64,000 nt of DNA from Ferrimicrobium sp. (GCF_027364955.1 NZ_DAHXOI010000004.1:36850-100849); one strand, 5' to 3'. Numbered from the stretch's first letter, positions 8,939 through 17,666 are shown. Numbers and translations: made by a program. Notes: generated by a model not told the origin, from the sequence alone.

Positions 8939-11608
8939 GTGAGCCTAGACGCCAATCACTTCCCGGTTATTGGCGCCTCTGTTGCGAATCTACCCCCGGT
9001 GAGTGCGCCGCCCGACGCCGCGTTGATGCGCAGCATTTCACGCATCCTGGCAGGTGATCTCGGTTCACGTGGGGTCCTGCTCGAGCTCTTGGATGTCCTG
9101 TATGAGCGCTTTGCAACACCGATCACCGTCATGGAAGTTGAGCCCGGTTTCGGACGGTTACGGCTCGTTGTAGCTGAGCGCGGCAAGGAGTTTGCTGATT
9201 TTGTCGGTCTTGAGCCTCCACCGTTCGTCGCTGGAGGGACCGACAATTGGTTGCTTCGTATCCGTGGAACCTCGCTCACGCTGCTGCGCCTTGGTGAGTC
9301 GTTGATGCTTGCGATGATCGACTTGGAGCAACTATCGATTGACGATTACCGACTGCTTGAGCAGGCTGCGCCAGCTGTTCGGGTCGCGGGCGAGAGCTAT
9401 GCTCAGGAACGGTCGAGGCGTTGGCTGAATCGACGCGTTCGAACCAATCAGCGTCTCTTAGAGGGCTTGCTAAGCGTCAATGATACCGCTGTCCCTTGGA
9501 TGCAGTTCGGACGCGAGGCTCGCCTCCTCACCGGCGCTCATAGCGCGTTGGTGGTTGAGGTCCGTCCAAATGCCACCTGGGTTTCGGCAGCCGTTGGCGA
9601 GACGATGCGTCAGCCTGGTGACATCATCGACCGTCACAGTGGGTTGCTCGCCTGGGTCGGAACCACTGGGGAAGCGGTGCTGATCGGCTCATTAGCGGAT
9701 CGGACAACCACGGACGAGGAGGCCATCGCATCGATTCGAGGCGAGACGGAGAACGACTCAGCGGTTGTCGTTCCGATTGTGGATACGACTGGGACATTGG
9801 TCGCACTGATTGCCGTTTTTAGCCCTTCACCCTATCGATTTTCTCTCCGAGATTTCCAGACCGTTCGCGAGCTTGCCCGGTTCGCAGGTGCGATCGTGGC
9901 CCAACGACAGACCCTCAGTTTCGTGGTTGCCGGTCAGGAGCGATCTGCGCTTGCATCACAGGTGTTGGATTTTATGCCAGACGGGGTGGCTTTGGTTGAC
10001 GACGAGGAGGTGATTGCCCTCCATAACCGAGCCTTTGCGCGGTTGCATGGAGGCGAAGAGAACGTCTCGTTGCGCGGAATGCTGGCCTCCCAATTTGAAA
10101 GTAAGCCTTTGAGGACCCTCTCCGATCAGGGCGCACAGGTGGAAGAAGAGGAACGCCTGCGACTGGACGGATCAACGTTTGTGACGGAGTCCTATCGGCG
10201 TCGTTTTGTTGATGCAGCCTCTGGCGTCACTGGCACCTTGCTGGCTGTTCGCGACATTCAAGAACGCAACGTGGAGCGCCGGCGAGTGCGCCAATTAGCA
10301 CATATGGACCCCTTGACGGGGCTCAACAATCGTGCGGGGTTTTTTGAGCATGCTAACGCCTACTTTGACGATGGCGAGGAGAGGCTAGTCGGAGTTCTCT
10401 TTATTGACGTTGACGGTCTTAAGGTTGTCAACGATCAGTTTGGTCATGCGATTGGTGATCGAGTACTCAATGAGGTAGCGAATCGCATTCGCACGAGCGT
10501 GCGCCCACTCGATGTCGTTGGCAGAATCGGTGGCGATGAGTTTGCCGTACTTGTCATTGGGATGGATTCGATCAGGGTGATTCGCCAGCTGGCGGATCGC
10601 CTCGCAGCGGCGATCTCCTTCAACCCGGTAGCGGTTGGGACGATTGAGCTACGGGTGACCGCCGCGGTCGGGATGGCGACGGGATCCACGACGACGGTCG
10701 ATCTGGACCAGTTGATGTCCGTCGCTGATTCGGCGATGTATCAGGACAAGTTCTCACGCCGGCGCCCTGATCTCCTGCACTTGCATCGCGGTACCCAAGA
10801 TGCGGTAGAGATCGAACTAGGTCCGGATTTGGTACGCGTGTTGCGTGGAGATGAACGCGGTGGTGCTCTGCTACTGCGGTTCCAACCGCTTTTTGATACC
10901 CAGAGCGGGTCGGTCACAGGAGCGGAGACCTTGGTGCGATGGCAGCACCCCACCGAAGGCCTCCTGTTGCCAGGTCGATTCCTGTCGCTTGCGCTTCAGT
11001 ATCGTCTGATGGACCAGCTCGATGCCTTTGTTCGTGCGGAAGCGATGATGCGTTTTGCACGTTGGCGTTCAGCGGGGCTGGCTGGTCAGATGCGTCTTTC
11101 TATCAATTTGAGCGGTGTGAATGCTGCTGAGGGACGGACGGTAAAGGATTTTTGCCAGTTAGCTGATCGGCTCGGCATTCCACGTGACATGGTGGTCATC
11201 GAGTTGACAGAGACGGAGCTCTCTGATCTGCTGATTGACCGGATCGCCCGTATGATGCGCCGCCTCAAGAGTGAAGGTTTCTTGATTGCATTGGATGATT
11301 TCGGAGTCGGAACGTCGTCGTTTCGTCATCTGCAGATCATGCCGGTGGATATTGTCAAGATCGACCGGCAGTTCGTCAAAGACCTCGGCTCCGGTGGCGA
11401 CCGGGGATTGGTTGCCGGTCTCGCAGCACTCGCGAAAGAGCTCGGCATCTCTGTGGTGGCAGAGGGGGTGGGTGACCAAGCTTGTCTTGACGTCTTAAAA
11501 GAGCTCGGCGTGCCCGAGGTCCAGGGTTTTCATCTTGCTCGACCGCTCCGCGAAGCAGCTCTGCTAAAGCTTCTTGGGAGAGATGAGTCCTCCAACACCC
11601 GCGTCTAG
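8939..11608 (+). CDS. Multidomain c-di-GMP enzyme (GAF/PAS sensory region, GGDEF, EAL), all catalytic motifs intact
   Basis: 889 aa with a GTG start. GGDEF motif RIGGDEFAVLV with an RxxD I-site (RPLD) five residues upstream. EAL signatures are all present: ETLVRW, SINLS, IELTETE, ALDDFGVGTSSF, KIDRQFV, AEGVGD, QGFHLARP. Confidence 0.85.
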   Translation: MSLDANHFPVIGASVANLPPVSAPPDAALMRSISRILAGDLGSRGVLLELLDVLYERFATPITVMEVEPGFGRLRLVVAERGKEFADFVGLEPPPFVAGGTDNWLLRIRGTSLTLLRLGESLMLAMIDLEQLSIDDYRLLEQAAPAVRVAGESYAQERSRRWLNRRVRTNQRLLEGLLSVNDTAVPWMQFGREARLLTGAHSALVVEVRPNATWVSAAVGETMRQPGDIIDRHSGLLAWVGTTGEAVLIGSLADRTTTDEEAIASIRGETENDSAVVVPIVDTTGTLVALIAVFSPSPYRFSLRDFQTVRELARFAGAIVAQRQTLSFVVAGQERSALASQVLDFMPDGVALVDDEEVIALHNRAFARLHGGEENVSLRGMLASQFESKPLRTLSDQGAQVEEEERLRLDGSTFVTESYRRRFVDAASGVTGTLLAVRDIQERNVERRRVRQLAHMDPLTGLNNRAGFFEHANAYFDDGEERLVGVLFIDVDGLKVVNDQFGHAIGDRVLNEVANRIRTSVRPLDVVGRIGGDEFAVLVIGMDSIRVIRQLADRLAAAISFNPVAVGTIELRVTAAVGMATGSTTTVDLDQLMSVADSAMYQDKFSRRRPDLLHLHRGTQDAVEIELGPDLVRVLRGDERGGALLLRFQPLFDTQSGSVTGAETLVRWQHPTEGLLLPGRFLSLALQYRLMDQLDAFVRAEAMMRFARWRSAGLAGQMRLSINLSGVNAAEGRTVKDFCQLADRLGIPRDMVVIELTETELSDLLIDRIARMMRRLKSEGFLIALDDFGVGTSSFRHLQIMPVDIVKIDRQFVKDLGSGGDRGLVAGLAALAKELGISVVAEGVGDQACLDVLKELGVPEVQGFHLARPLREAALLKLLGRDESSNTRV

Positions 11609-11617
11609 CATAGGCAC

Positions 11618-12739
11618 ATGCCTGATCCCATGATGTCGCATCCTGATGCCGCTTCGACCCTTGCTACGCCAACTGGAGTACCGGCGCGACCGTCTACTCC
11701 TGTGACCGATCCGGGCACTGATCTCGCTTGGTCTGCGCTTCTTGCCCGCCTTATGCAAGGGGAACGGCTCAGCGAGAGCGAGGCGCATCAGATGCTTGAA
11801 GTCGTCTTCGATGGTGCGGTACCGGCTCCGATCATTGCAGGCGTTTTGGTGTTGCTTCGTCAACGAGAGGAGTCGGTTGAGGAGTTACTCGGTTTTGCCC
11901 GAGCGATGGGCTCTCATATGGTCGCCGTTCCTGTCAATGGCGAGATCCTCGATACTTGCGGAACGGGTGGAGATCGCCAAGGGACGATCAATGTTTCGAC
12001 CGCGGCGGGCCTGCTGGCGAGTGCCGCTGGTGCTCGGGTGCTCAAGCATGGTGGCCGTGCTGCGAGTTCGAAGACTGGTTCAGCTGATGTCCTCGAGCAA
12101 CTTGGTATCAATGTTGGTCTCGATGCTGCTGAGGTCGCTCATATGGTGGAGACGACGGGATTTGGTTTTGCCTTAGCAACTCGCTTTCATCCCGCGATGG
12201 CGGCGGTTGCACCGATTCGACGTGCCCTTGGGATTCCCACCGCCTTCAACTTTCTTGGACCTCTTGTCAATCCCGGGCGTGCGCGGTATCAGTTAGTCGG
12301 TGTGTTTGACCGAAGTTTGGCGCCAACGATGGCAAATGTGCTTCTTGCGTTGGGTTCGCAGCATGCCCTGATCGTCTCTGGCGACGATGGCATGGACGAG
12401 GTGAGTCTGACGGCGCCGACTCGTGTATGGGAGGTACGAGCTGGGCACGAGGTGGATTCCTATGTCATTGAGCCAAACGACTACGGTTTTGAGCCAACGA
12501 ACCTAGCGATGCTTCAGGGCGGAGACGCAAAAGAGAATGCTAATATTCTTCACGACATCTTACATGGACGTATCTGCGACGCGCGACGCGACCTCGTGGC
12601 CTTCAATGCGGGTGCAGCCCTCTACGCCGCTGACCTGGTGACCACCATCGCCGAAGGGGTTGATCGTGCCATACTGACGCTCACAAGTGGACGCGCAGGG
12701 GCGTATCTCGATGACTTAGTGGCGCGCCAGCCTGGATAG
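11618..12739 (+). CDS. trpD: Anthranilate phosphoribosyltransferase
   Basis: 373 aa. Contains DTCGTGGDRQGTINVSTAAGLLASAAGARVLKHGGRAASSKTGSADVLEQLGI, the characteristic TrpD glycine-rich/PRPP region. Confidence 0.9.
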   Translation: MPDPMMSHPDAASTLATPTGVPARPSTPVTDPGTDLAWSALLARLMQGERLSESEAHQMLEVVFDGAVPAPIIAGVLVLLRQREESVEELLGFARAMGSHMVAVPVNGEILDTCGTGGDRQGTINVSTAAGLLASAAGARVLKHGGRAASSKTGSADVLEQLGINVGLDAAEVAHMVETTGFGFALATRFHPAMAAVAPIRRALGIPTAFNFLGPLVNPGRARYQLVGVFDRSLAPTMANVLLALGSQHALIVSGDDGMDEVSLTAPTRVWEVRAGHEVDSYVIEPNDYGFEPTNLAMLQGGDAKENANILHDILHGRICDARRDLVAFNAGAALYAADLVTTIAEGVDRAILTLTSGRAGAYLDDLVARQPG

Positions 12740-13003
12740 CGGATGCATGCGGTCGTTGGCGATGACGAGATCGTTCTTTGTGGGAACGGCGATTGACGAG
12801 GATCGAGGCGATTGCTGAAAGTTCATCGTTGGTGGACAATGGCTGATGACCCAGGTGTTGAAAAGGGGATCGTCTGAAATAAGCGCTCCTTCGGTACCAA
12901 GATCGACCAGGAATCGGTACGCCGTTGTGGAGTCGGTTGACCAGCGTAGGGCCGTTACTTCGTGAGTCGTCTGGTTCCCGACCGCTTGCTCGTACGTAGC
13001 CAT
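12716..13003 (-). CDS. Hypothetical 95-aa ORF, no recognisable family
   Basis: The ATG at 13003 is preceded by AAGGAAG (13020-13014). The ORF is convergent with trpD and overlaps its 3' end by 24 nt. It lies in a lower-GC stretch. Coding status is uncertain. Confidence 0.3.
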   Translation of the reverse strand: MATYEQAVGNQTTHEVTALRWSTDSTTAYRFLVDLGTEGALISDDPLFNTWVISHCPPTMNFQQSPRSSSIAVPTKNDLVIANDRMHPLSRLARH

Positions 13004-13084
13004 TCGAACAGGTCTTCCTTTTCATTCTCACTGGTTTATTTTCTAAGTGCCACACCCATTGATACCGAGACCTAAGGATCACCG

Positions 13085-13979
13085 TCAAGCGATTGCTATA
13101 ACCTTGCCACTAGATGTGTCTGATAACAGTTCGCTTAGTGCAAGACGCGTTGTGTTGATGGGTTCCGCTCCGAGGCACATACACATTGATATCGGAAGGC
13201 CCCTCGTACCTGGTCCACTTCGTTTGTAAGACGCCTTCTTATGTTCTGCCCCACCCAATGGGACAGAACTAAGGCGAGTCGGTGGTTGTACACCTCCCAC
13301 CACCTCCAACTTGGGTTGTCGTGATATTCTTGGAGTCCTGCCGTGAGCGGTAGCCTCGACATCCACTGGGATATTCCGATTTTTCATTCGGTGTAGGAAT
13401 CTCGCGTCAAGGATCTTCTTCACTTCCGTATAGGGAGTGAACCGGTTGATCTGGCGATCTTCGATCTTTAATGCGAGGTTCCTAGAGGCTACGTGATCTG
13501 CATCGTCCGCCTTAGATCTCAGTATCAACCCCTCCTCGACCGATCCACCTTCCTGCGAGATGTTCGGGGAGGGTGCCCTCCATCGAGAGACCTCGAGACC
13601 AACCAAGCCCCAGCATGACATCAGAATCTTGATCGAGCTACCGCCATCGTCGGTATGGGCCAGGGGTACCATTTGGACAGCCACCGTTGCCGCCACTCGA
13701 CCGTCCCGGCGTTCGCTTGAGATCCTATGGGTTCGCGGTAACACCAAACCGGAGGTTGTTAGTGACCGGAATCGGACCAAATGCGAAGGTGTTGGTGCGA
13801 CCAAAGGGAGGAAACCAGTACCTGCGAGCGCGGTTACCTCCAGCTCCCTCTCCTCTGTTGACTTCATGTGCGCAGCCAGCTGGCCAACCAGCGAACTCGG
13901 TGAGGTTCGTGATGGGAATCGGCGCTCCAAAGAACGGTTCAAAGGAATCGGCCTTCTCCAGAGCAAGCGCGTCGTTCAT
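13085..13979 (-). pseudogene. Frame-broken ORF set of unknown family, either decayed gene(s) or small novel genes, downstream of the exonuclease gene
   Basis: An 84-codon ORF (13979-13725) starts in an ATGA overlap with the exonuclease stop. Reading continues only in other frames (13966-13085 and 13362-13135). Local GC is lower: 27/60 at 13381-13440 and 30/60 at 13441-13500. I recognised no family. Confidence 0.35.
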
Positions 13980-14614
13980 GTACGGGTCAGATCATGACGG
14001 GATGATTTTGGTGTGGAAAAGTGTTCGAGATCTTCAAGTGTGGTGACGCCCATGCTGCCGAGGCGACCGATGAGTTCGTGGAGGAGGTCGGTCGTGGTTA
14101 GTACGTCGGCAAGGGCTCGATGAGTTGGTCGACGAAGGCCCAAGTACTCTGCAAGCGTCGCGAGTTTAAAGTTCTCGACCTCGCCCCGGAGTAGACGACG
14201 TGCGAGGCTCAGGGTGTCGATCGTTGGACCGTTGAGCGCGGGAGCATGCCAACGGGAGAGGGCAGCGTTAAGAAAACTCAGGTCGAAGCGCAGGTTGTGG
14301 CCCACAAGGGTTGCGTCGCCGACAAAGGAGGTAAAGGCCCCTAGGACCTCTATCTCTTCCGGTGCGACGCAACACATCGCATCAGTGATACCGGTGAGCG
14401 TCACGATCATGGCGGGGATGGGCAAGCGGTTCACTATGAGCGATCGAAGGTGGCCAATGACGTGTCCGCCACAGACCTTGAGCGCAGCCACCTCAGTCAG
14501 GTGGTGATAGTTTGCAGATCCACCAGTGGTCTCGGTATCGACGATAACGAACGTCGTCGCTTGTAATTGTGTCGTTGCGGGATGAAGAGCGGCATGAGTG
14601 GTCGCGATGCCCAT
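13976..14614 (-). CDS. DEDDh-type 3'-5' exonuclease (DnaQ/epsilon-like)
   Basis: 212 aa. Exo I FVIVDTETTGG, Exo II LVGHNLRFDLSFL, Exo III HRALADVLTT. Confidence 0.85.
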   Translation of the reverse strand: MGIATTHAALHPATTQLQATTFVIVDTETTGGSANYHHLTEVAALKVCGGHVIGHLRSLIVNRLPIPAMIVTLTGITDAMCCVAPEEIEVLGAFTSFVGDATLVGHNLRFDLSFLNAALSRWHAPALNGPTIDTLSLARRLLRGEVENFKLATLAEYLGLRRPTHRALADVLTTTDLLHELIGRLGSMGVTTLEDLEHFSTPKSSRHDLTRT

Positions 14615-14672
14615 GATCCATCATCCTACGTCGGGTTTCTGACAACAGGATCCGGGAGGTAGAATAACTCAC

Positions 14673-15203
14673 GTGACCCAATCTTTTAGCAAACACCAAG
14701 CCAGTGCGTTCTATCATCGGATGGTGCTTGTCAGGTTTGTCTGGGCGATTGCAATCGGAGCGTTCTTTGCCGGCATGATCTCCCTTTGTCTGAAACTCTT
14801 GGGGCTCGATGCCATGATGGTCGCGCTTGGTGGACTCGTCGCCGGACTCATTGTTGGTGCGGCTGTTGTGATCGGTTCAAGGGCCAAGGGTGAGCCCGAC
14901 GTCACTGATAGCTGTGGCGCACAGTGCGCCAACTGTGCAGCGGCGGGGTCCGCTGGTTGTCTGTCTGGCTTTGATCTCGAACTTGAGGGGCGGATCGCGG
15001 CCTATGACGCAGCACGGCTCCATCAACTAGGTTATCGAATGCGCGGAGTCCTCATTCTTCCTGCGCTCCTTGTCCTCTTGGGCTTTCTGGTGCTACACCA
15101 CGCTGATGGGTTTGTGCCCATGGTGTTCTCCCTCGTGGCGCTTGGAACAACCGTCGTTGGACTTGCTTTGATGCGCTCCAAGTTGGTGCGAAGCGACGCA
15201 TGA
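14673..15203 (+). CDS. Small integral membrane protein with a Cys-rich loop
   Basis: 176 aa with about 4 hydrophobic segments. One loop carries C-x3-C-x2-C-x7-C (SCGAQCANCAAAGSAGC). The gene is divergent from the exonuclease gene with a 58-nt spacer. Confidence 0.55.
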   Translation: MTQSFSKHQASAFYHRMVLVRFVWAIAIGAFFAGMISLCLKLLGLDAMMVALGGLVAGLIVGAAVVIGSRAKGEPDVTDSCGAQCANCAAAGSAGCLSGFDLELEGRIAAYDAARLHQLGYRMRGVLILPALLVLLGFLVLHHADGFVPMVFSLVALGTTVVGLALMRSKLVRSDA

Positions 15204-15352
15204 GGCTGCGACGCTCCATCCAATTACTCGCAGGTGGAGCAAAGCTACTCATGAGGCTGAGGCGTTTCATTCGACTACTCGCAGGTGGTGCGAGGCGCCT
15301 CATTGGGCTGCGACACACCATTTTGTTACTTGCAGGTGGAGCCTTTGGGCTC
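15200..15352 (+). repeat. 51-bp tandem repeat x3 (diverged, in frame) inside the CDS
   Basis: Units are 15200-15250, 15251-15301 and 15302-15352. Units 1 and 2 differ in 10 codons, 6 of them synonymously (cga/agg, cgc/cgt, atc/att, tta/cta, gga/ggt, gca/gcg). Confidence 0.9.
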
Positions 15353-15688
15353 ACATGGACGTATCTAGAAGCGCTGAGCCATACCTTTACCCGCCGAGCT
15401 GAGGTGCTGACGGGTATCGCCATTGCGGTGGTTATCGTTGTCTTCTATCGTAAGGTGCAACACGAAGCTCCACACTCCTTCGATAGGGTGGCAGTATGGA
15501 CGTGGTCGCTCGCGGCCTTGGCGGTACTCACATTTGAGCTATTGAACCTGTTTGGTGGTGCGCGGCCCTCCCATCCGACGATCTCATCGATCATCAATGG
15601 CGCGCTCGGTTACGGTATTGAGGCACGGGTGATTCTTTTTATTGCCTGGCTCGGTCTTGGCGTCTGGTTGGCGATATGCGGAGCCTAA
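15200..15688 (+). CDS. Membrane protein with three N-terminal 17-aa Arg/Leu-rich repeats
   Basis: 162 aa. The start overlaps the upstream stop (ATGA). The N-terminus reads MRLRRSIQLLAGGAKLL / MRLRRFIRLLAGGARRL / IGLRHTILLLAGGAFGL and is followed by hydrophobic helices. Confidence 0.6.
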   Translation: MRLRRSIQLLAGGAKLLMRLRRFIRLLAGGARRLIGLRHTILLLAGGAFGLTWTYLEALSHTFTRRAEVLTGIAIAVVIVVFYRKVQHEAPHSFDRVAVWTWSLAALAVLTFELLNLFGGARPSHPTISSIINGALGYGIEARVILFIAWLGLGVWLAICGA

Positions 15689-15861
15689 GTTTAGCGATCT
15701 GGGCGTTCATCGCGACGGGCCTGCTGGTGACGGCAGTGGTTACTCACATCCGAGGGCATCGACTGTGTGATCTCGTCGCAGCCCTGCGCTCGCGGCCGAT
15801 TGGAGCGATTGCCTTGACCCTCGGATGGGCTTGGGTCGGCTGGCACTTTCTCGTGCGCTAG
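15676..15861 (+). CDS. Small (61-aa) two-helix membrane protein
   Basis: Overlaps the end of the previous gene. Hydrophobic sequence (LSLAIWAFIATGLLVTAVV ... ALTLGWAWVGWHFLV). No family assigned. Confidence 0.4.
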   Translation: MRSLSLAIWAFIATGLLVTAVVTHIRGHRLCDLVAALRSRPIGAIALTLGWAWVGWHFLVR

Positions 15862-15920
15862 GAGGTTCTCAGGACATCCTGATAGGACCATGGCATTGTC
15901 CTATCCGAGCGGACGAGGAT

Positions 15921-16690
15921 CTACCATTGCCCTGCCTGGGATCGAACGTCGTAGTGCAGGATGCCTCTCCACAGGGATACCGTCATGGGAAGGAAGGTTT
16001 GGTCGATGGGCAGTACTAGCTTGAGCGAGGCGATCGCTGTGGCCCTCTTCGGCAGAGGTTGGTCGAGCCGAGTGAGAAGTTCGGCGGTGAGAGCGACGCC
16101 GTGGTCATGCATTGCGCTGATCACGCGATGATCGATGAGTGCAAGGGACTCTCCTGCTCCGATCCACGACAGCCACGCAGGAGAGGGGTCCTTGCGGCGC
16201 TCTTGGCGAGATGGAGTTGAGTTCCGTAGTAGGAGTTGGCGATACTGTCACCGGCACACCAGTTCGCATAGAGCGGCTTCATCATGGCCCCAAGACGTTG
16301 GGAGCGCGCGAGCTAGGCCGTGTGACGAGGGGACAATAGCCATTTGTAGCCGGAACTGACGATGGCATCGAGGCCGTCAAGAGAGAGGAAGCCAGCCGGC
16401 GGCCTGCGTGGCATCCACTGCCACCATAGCTCCAGTTTGCTTGGTCCGCTGTTTGAGCGCTTGCAAATCAGTAATGTGCTCACTGACGCTCTGGACTGCT
16501 GATACAGCGACCAGGGTAACGGAGGCGCCGATAGCATCGATGAGATCCTCTTCGCCAACCCTCATGATCTCGATGCCCCGATCAGTCTGTATGAGATAAG
16601 GTTCACTTGGCTTAATAGAGGCAACACCGACATATTGATGTCTATCGTCATGGTGATTCGGGTTCTTGTGGACTCCAGGCGAGAGGGGAC
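15921..16690 (-). pseudogene. Class-V (PLP-dependent) aminotransferase / cysteine-desulfurase-like pseudogene, N-terminally truncated and frameshifted
   Basis: Fragments lie in at least three frames: ...VTLVAVSAVQSVSEHITDLQALKQRTKQTGAMVAVDATQAAGWLPLS*, then ...LDGLDAIVSSGYKWLLSPRHTA* (the PLP-Lys motif SGYKWL), then ...PAWLSWIGAGESLALIDHRVISAMHDHGVALTAELL.... The first ~100 aa expected for the family are absent. Confidence 0.7.
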
Positions 16691-17623
16691 CTAGTGGTCG
16701 TCTGGCAGCGCGTTCGTTGAAGGGAAAAGCACGTAGCGGCGGTCCGCGTGGTCAATGGAGAAGCCGTAGCTTTGGTAGAGCGCTTGGGCACCCTCGTTGC
16801 TGCGTTCGACATAGAGCATGATGGAGGAGAGTTTGCGTACCTCTCCTAAGTAGTGCATGCCTTCGAACAGCAGCGCTTTACCGATTCCCTTGCCGGCATC
16901 CTCTGGATCGACAGCGATCACGTAGATCTCGCCGACGGGAGGTTGACAGTCGTGATGAATCTTGGTCCAGCAGAATCCTTGCATGCGAGTCCCGTCATCG
17001 ACGACAAAGAATCCGTTGGGATCGAACCACGGCTCACCCTCTCGTTCGCGCAGGGTGGCGAGATCCCAGTCACCTTGATCTGGGTGCCATTCAAAGGCTC
17101 GGTTGTTGACGCTAAGCCAGGCGGCCTCGTCTACGCCGGGTTGAAAGGTTCGGAACTTGAGTGCCTCAGAGCGTAAGCGACCCTCGAAGGGAAGGGTTCG
17201 TCGCATCTGGAGTACTTCGCGATCGGCATGAAAGCCGAGACTACGATAGAGGCGGTCACGCTCCTGATTGGGGTTGGGTATCCAGAGGCTCACGCGTTGG
17301 GTCGTAGGTATGGTGGAATCGCTCAGCGCTCGATCGAGGAGCTCTTGGACTACGAGTGCATAAGGGTAACTCGGGCGGATGGCCAGCTCGAACTCTATTC
17401 CCTTGTTCGTCGCATTACGGGTGAGAATGCCGGCTACGACCTCAGTGTCTAAATCGACGACGACGAGCGATTCGAGGCTCTCTGCATGGTGGTTGGTGAG
17501 GTCGATCCAGCGGTGGTCGGCAAGTGCTCGATGATGCTCCACCGTTTCAACCTCTTGCGCCAGCGAGATGATGGAAGAAAGATGGCGGTCAGGGTTGAGC
17601 GTGCGTACATCAAGATGAGCCAT
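16691..17623 (-). CDS. mshD: Mycothiol synthase (tandem GNAT acetyltransferase)
   Basis: 310 aa with two GNAT halves. Blocks match MshD as I remember it from M. tuberculosis: LQMRRTLP, LSVNNRAFEWHPDQGDW, PWFDPNGF, GFCWTKIH, GEIYVIAVDP, MLYVERSNEGAQALYQSYGF. Confidence 0.85.
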   Translation of the reverse strand: MAHLDVRTLNPDRHLSSIISLAQEVETVEHHRALADHRWIDLTNHHAESLESLVVVDLDTEVVAGILTRNATNKGIEFELAIRPSYPYALVVQELLDRALSDSTIPTTQRVSLWIPNPNQERDRLYRSLGFHADREVLQMRRTLPFEGRLRSEALKFRTFQPGVDEAAWLSVNNRAFEWHPDQGDWDLATLREREGEPWFDPNGFFVVDDGTRMQGFCWTKIHHDCQPPVGEIYVIAVDPEDAGKGIGKALLFEGMHYLGEVRKLSSIMLYVERSNEGAQALYQSYGFSIDHADRRYVLFPSTNALPDDH

Positions 17624-17666
17624 AGTACTAGGCTAACGTAGGCAAGGGTAGGGGAGGGTCACTACG

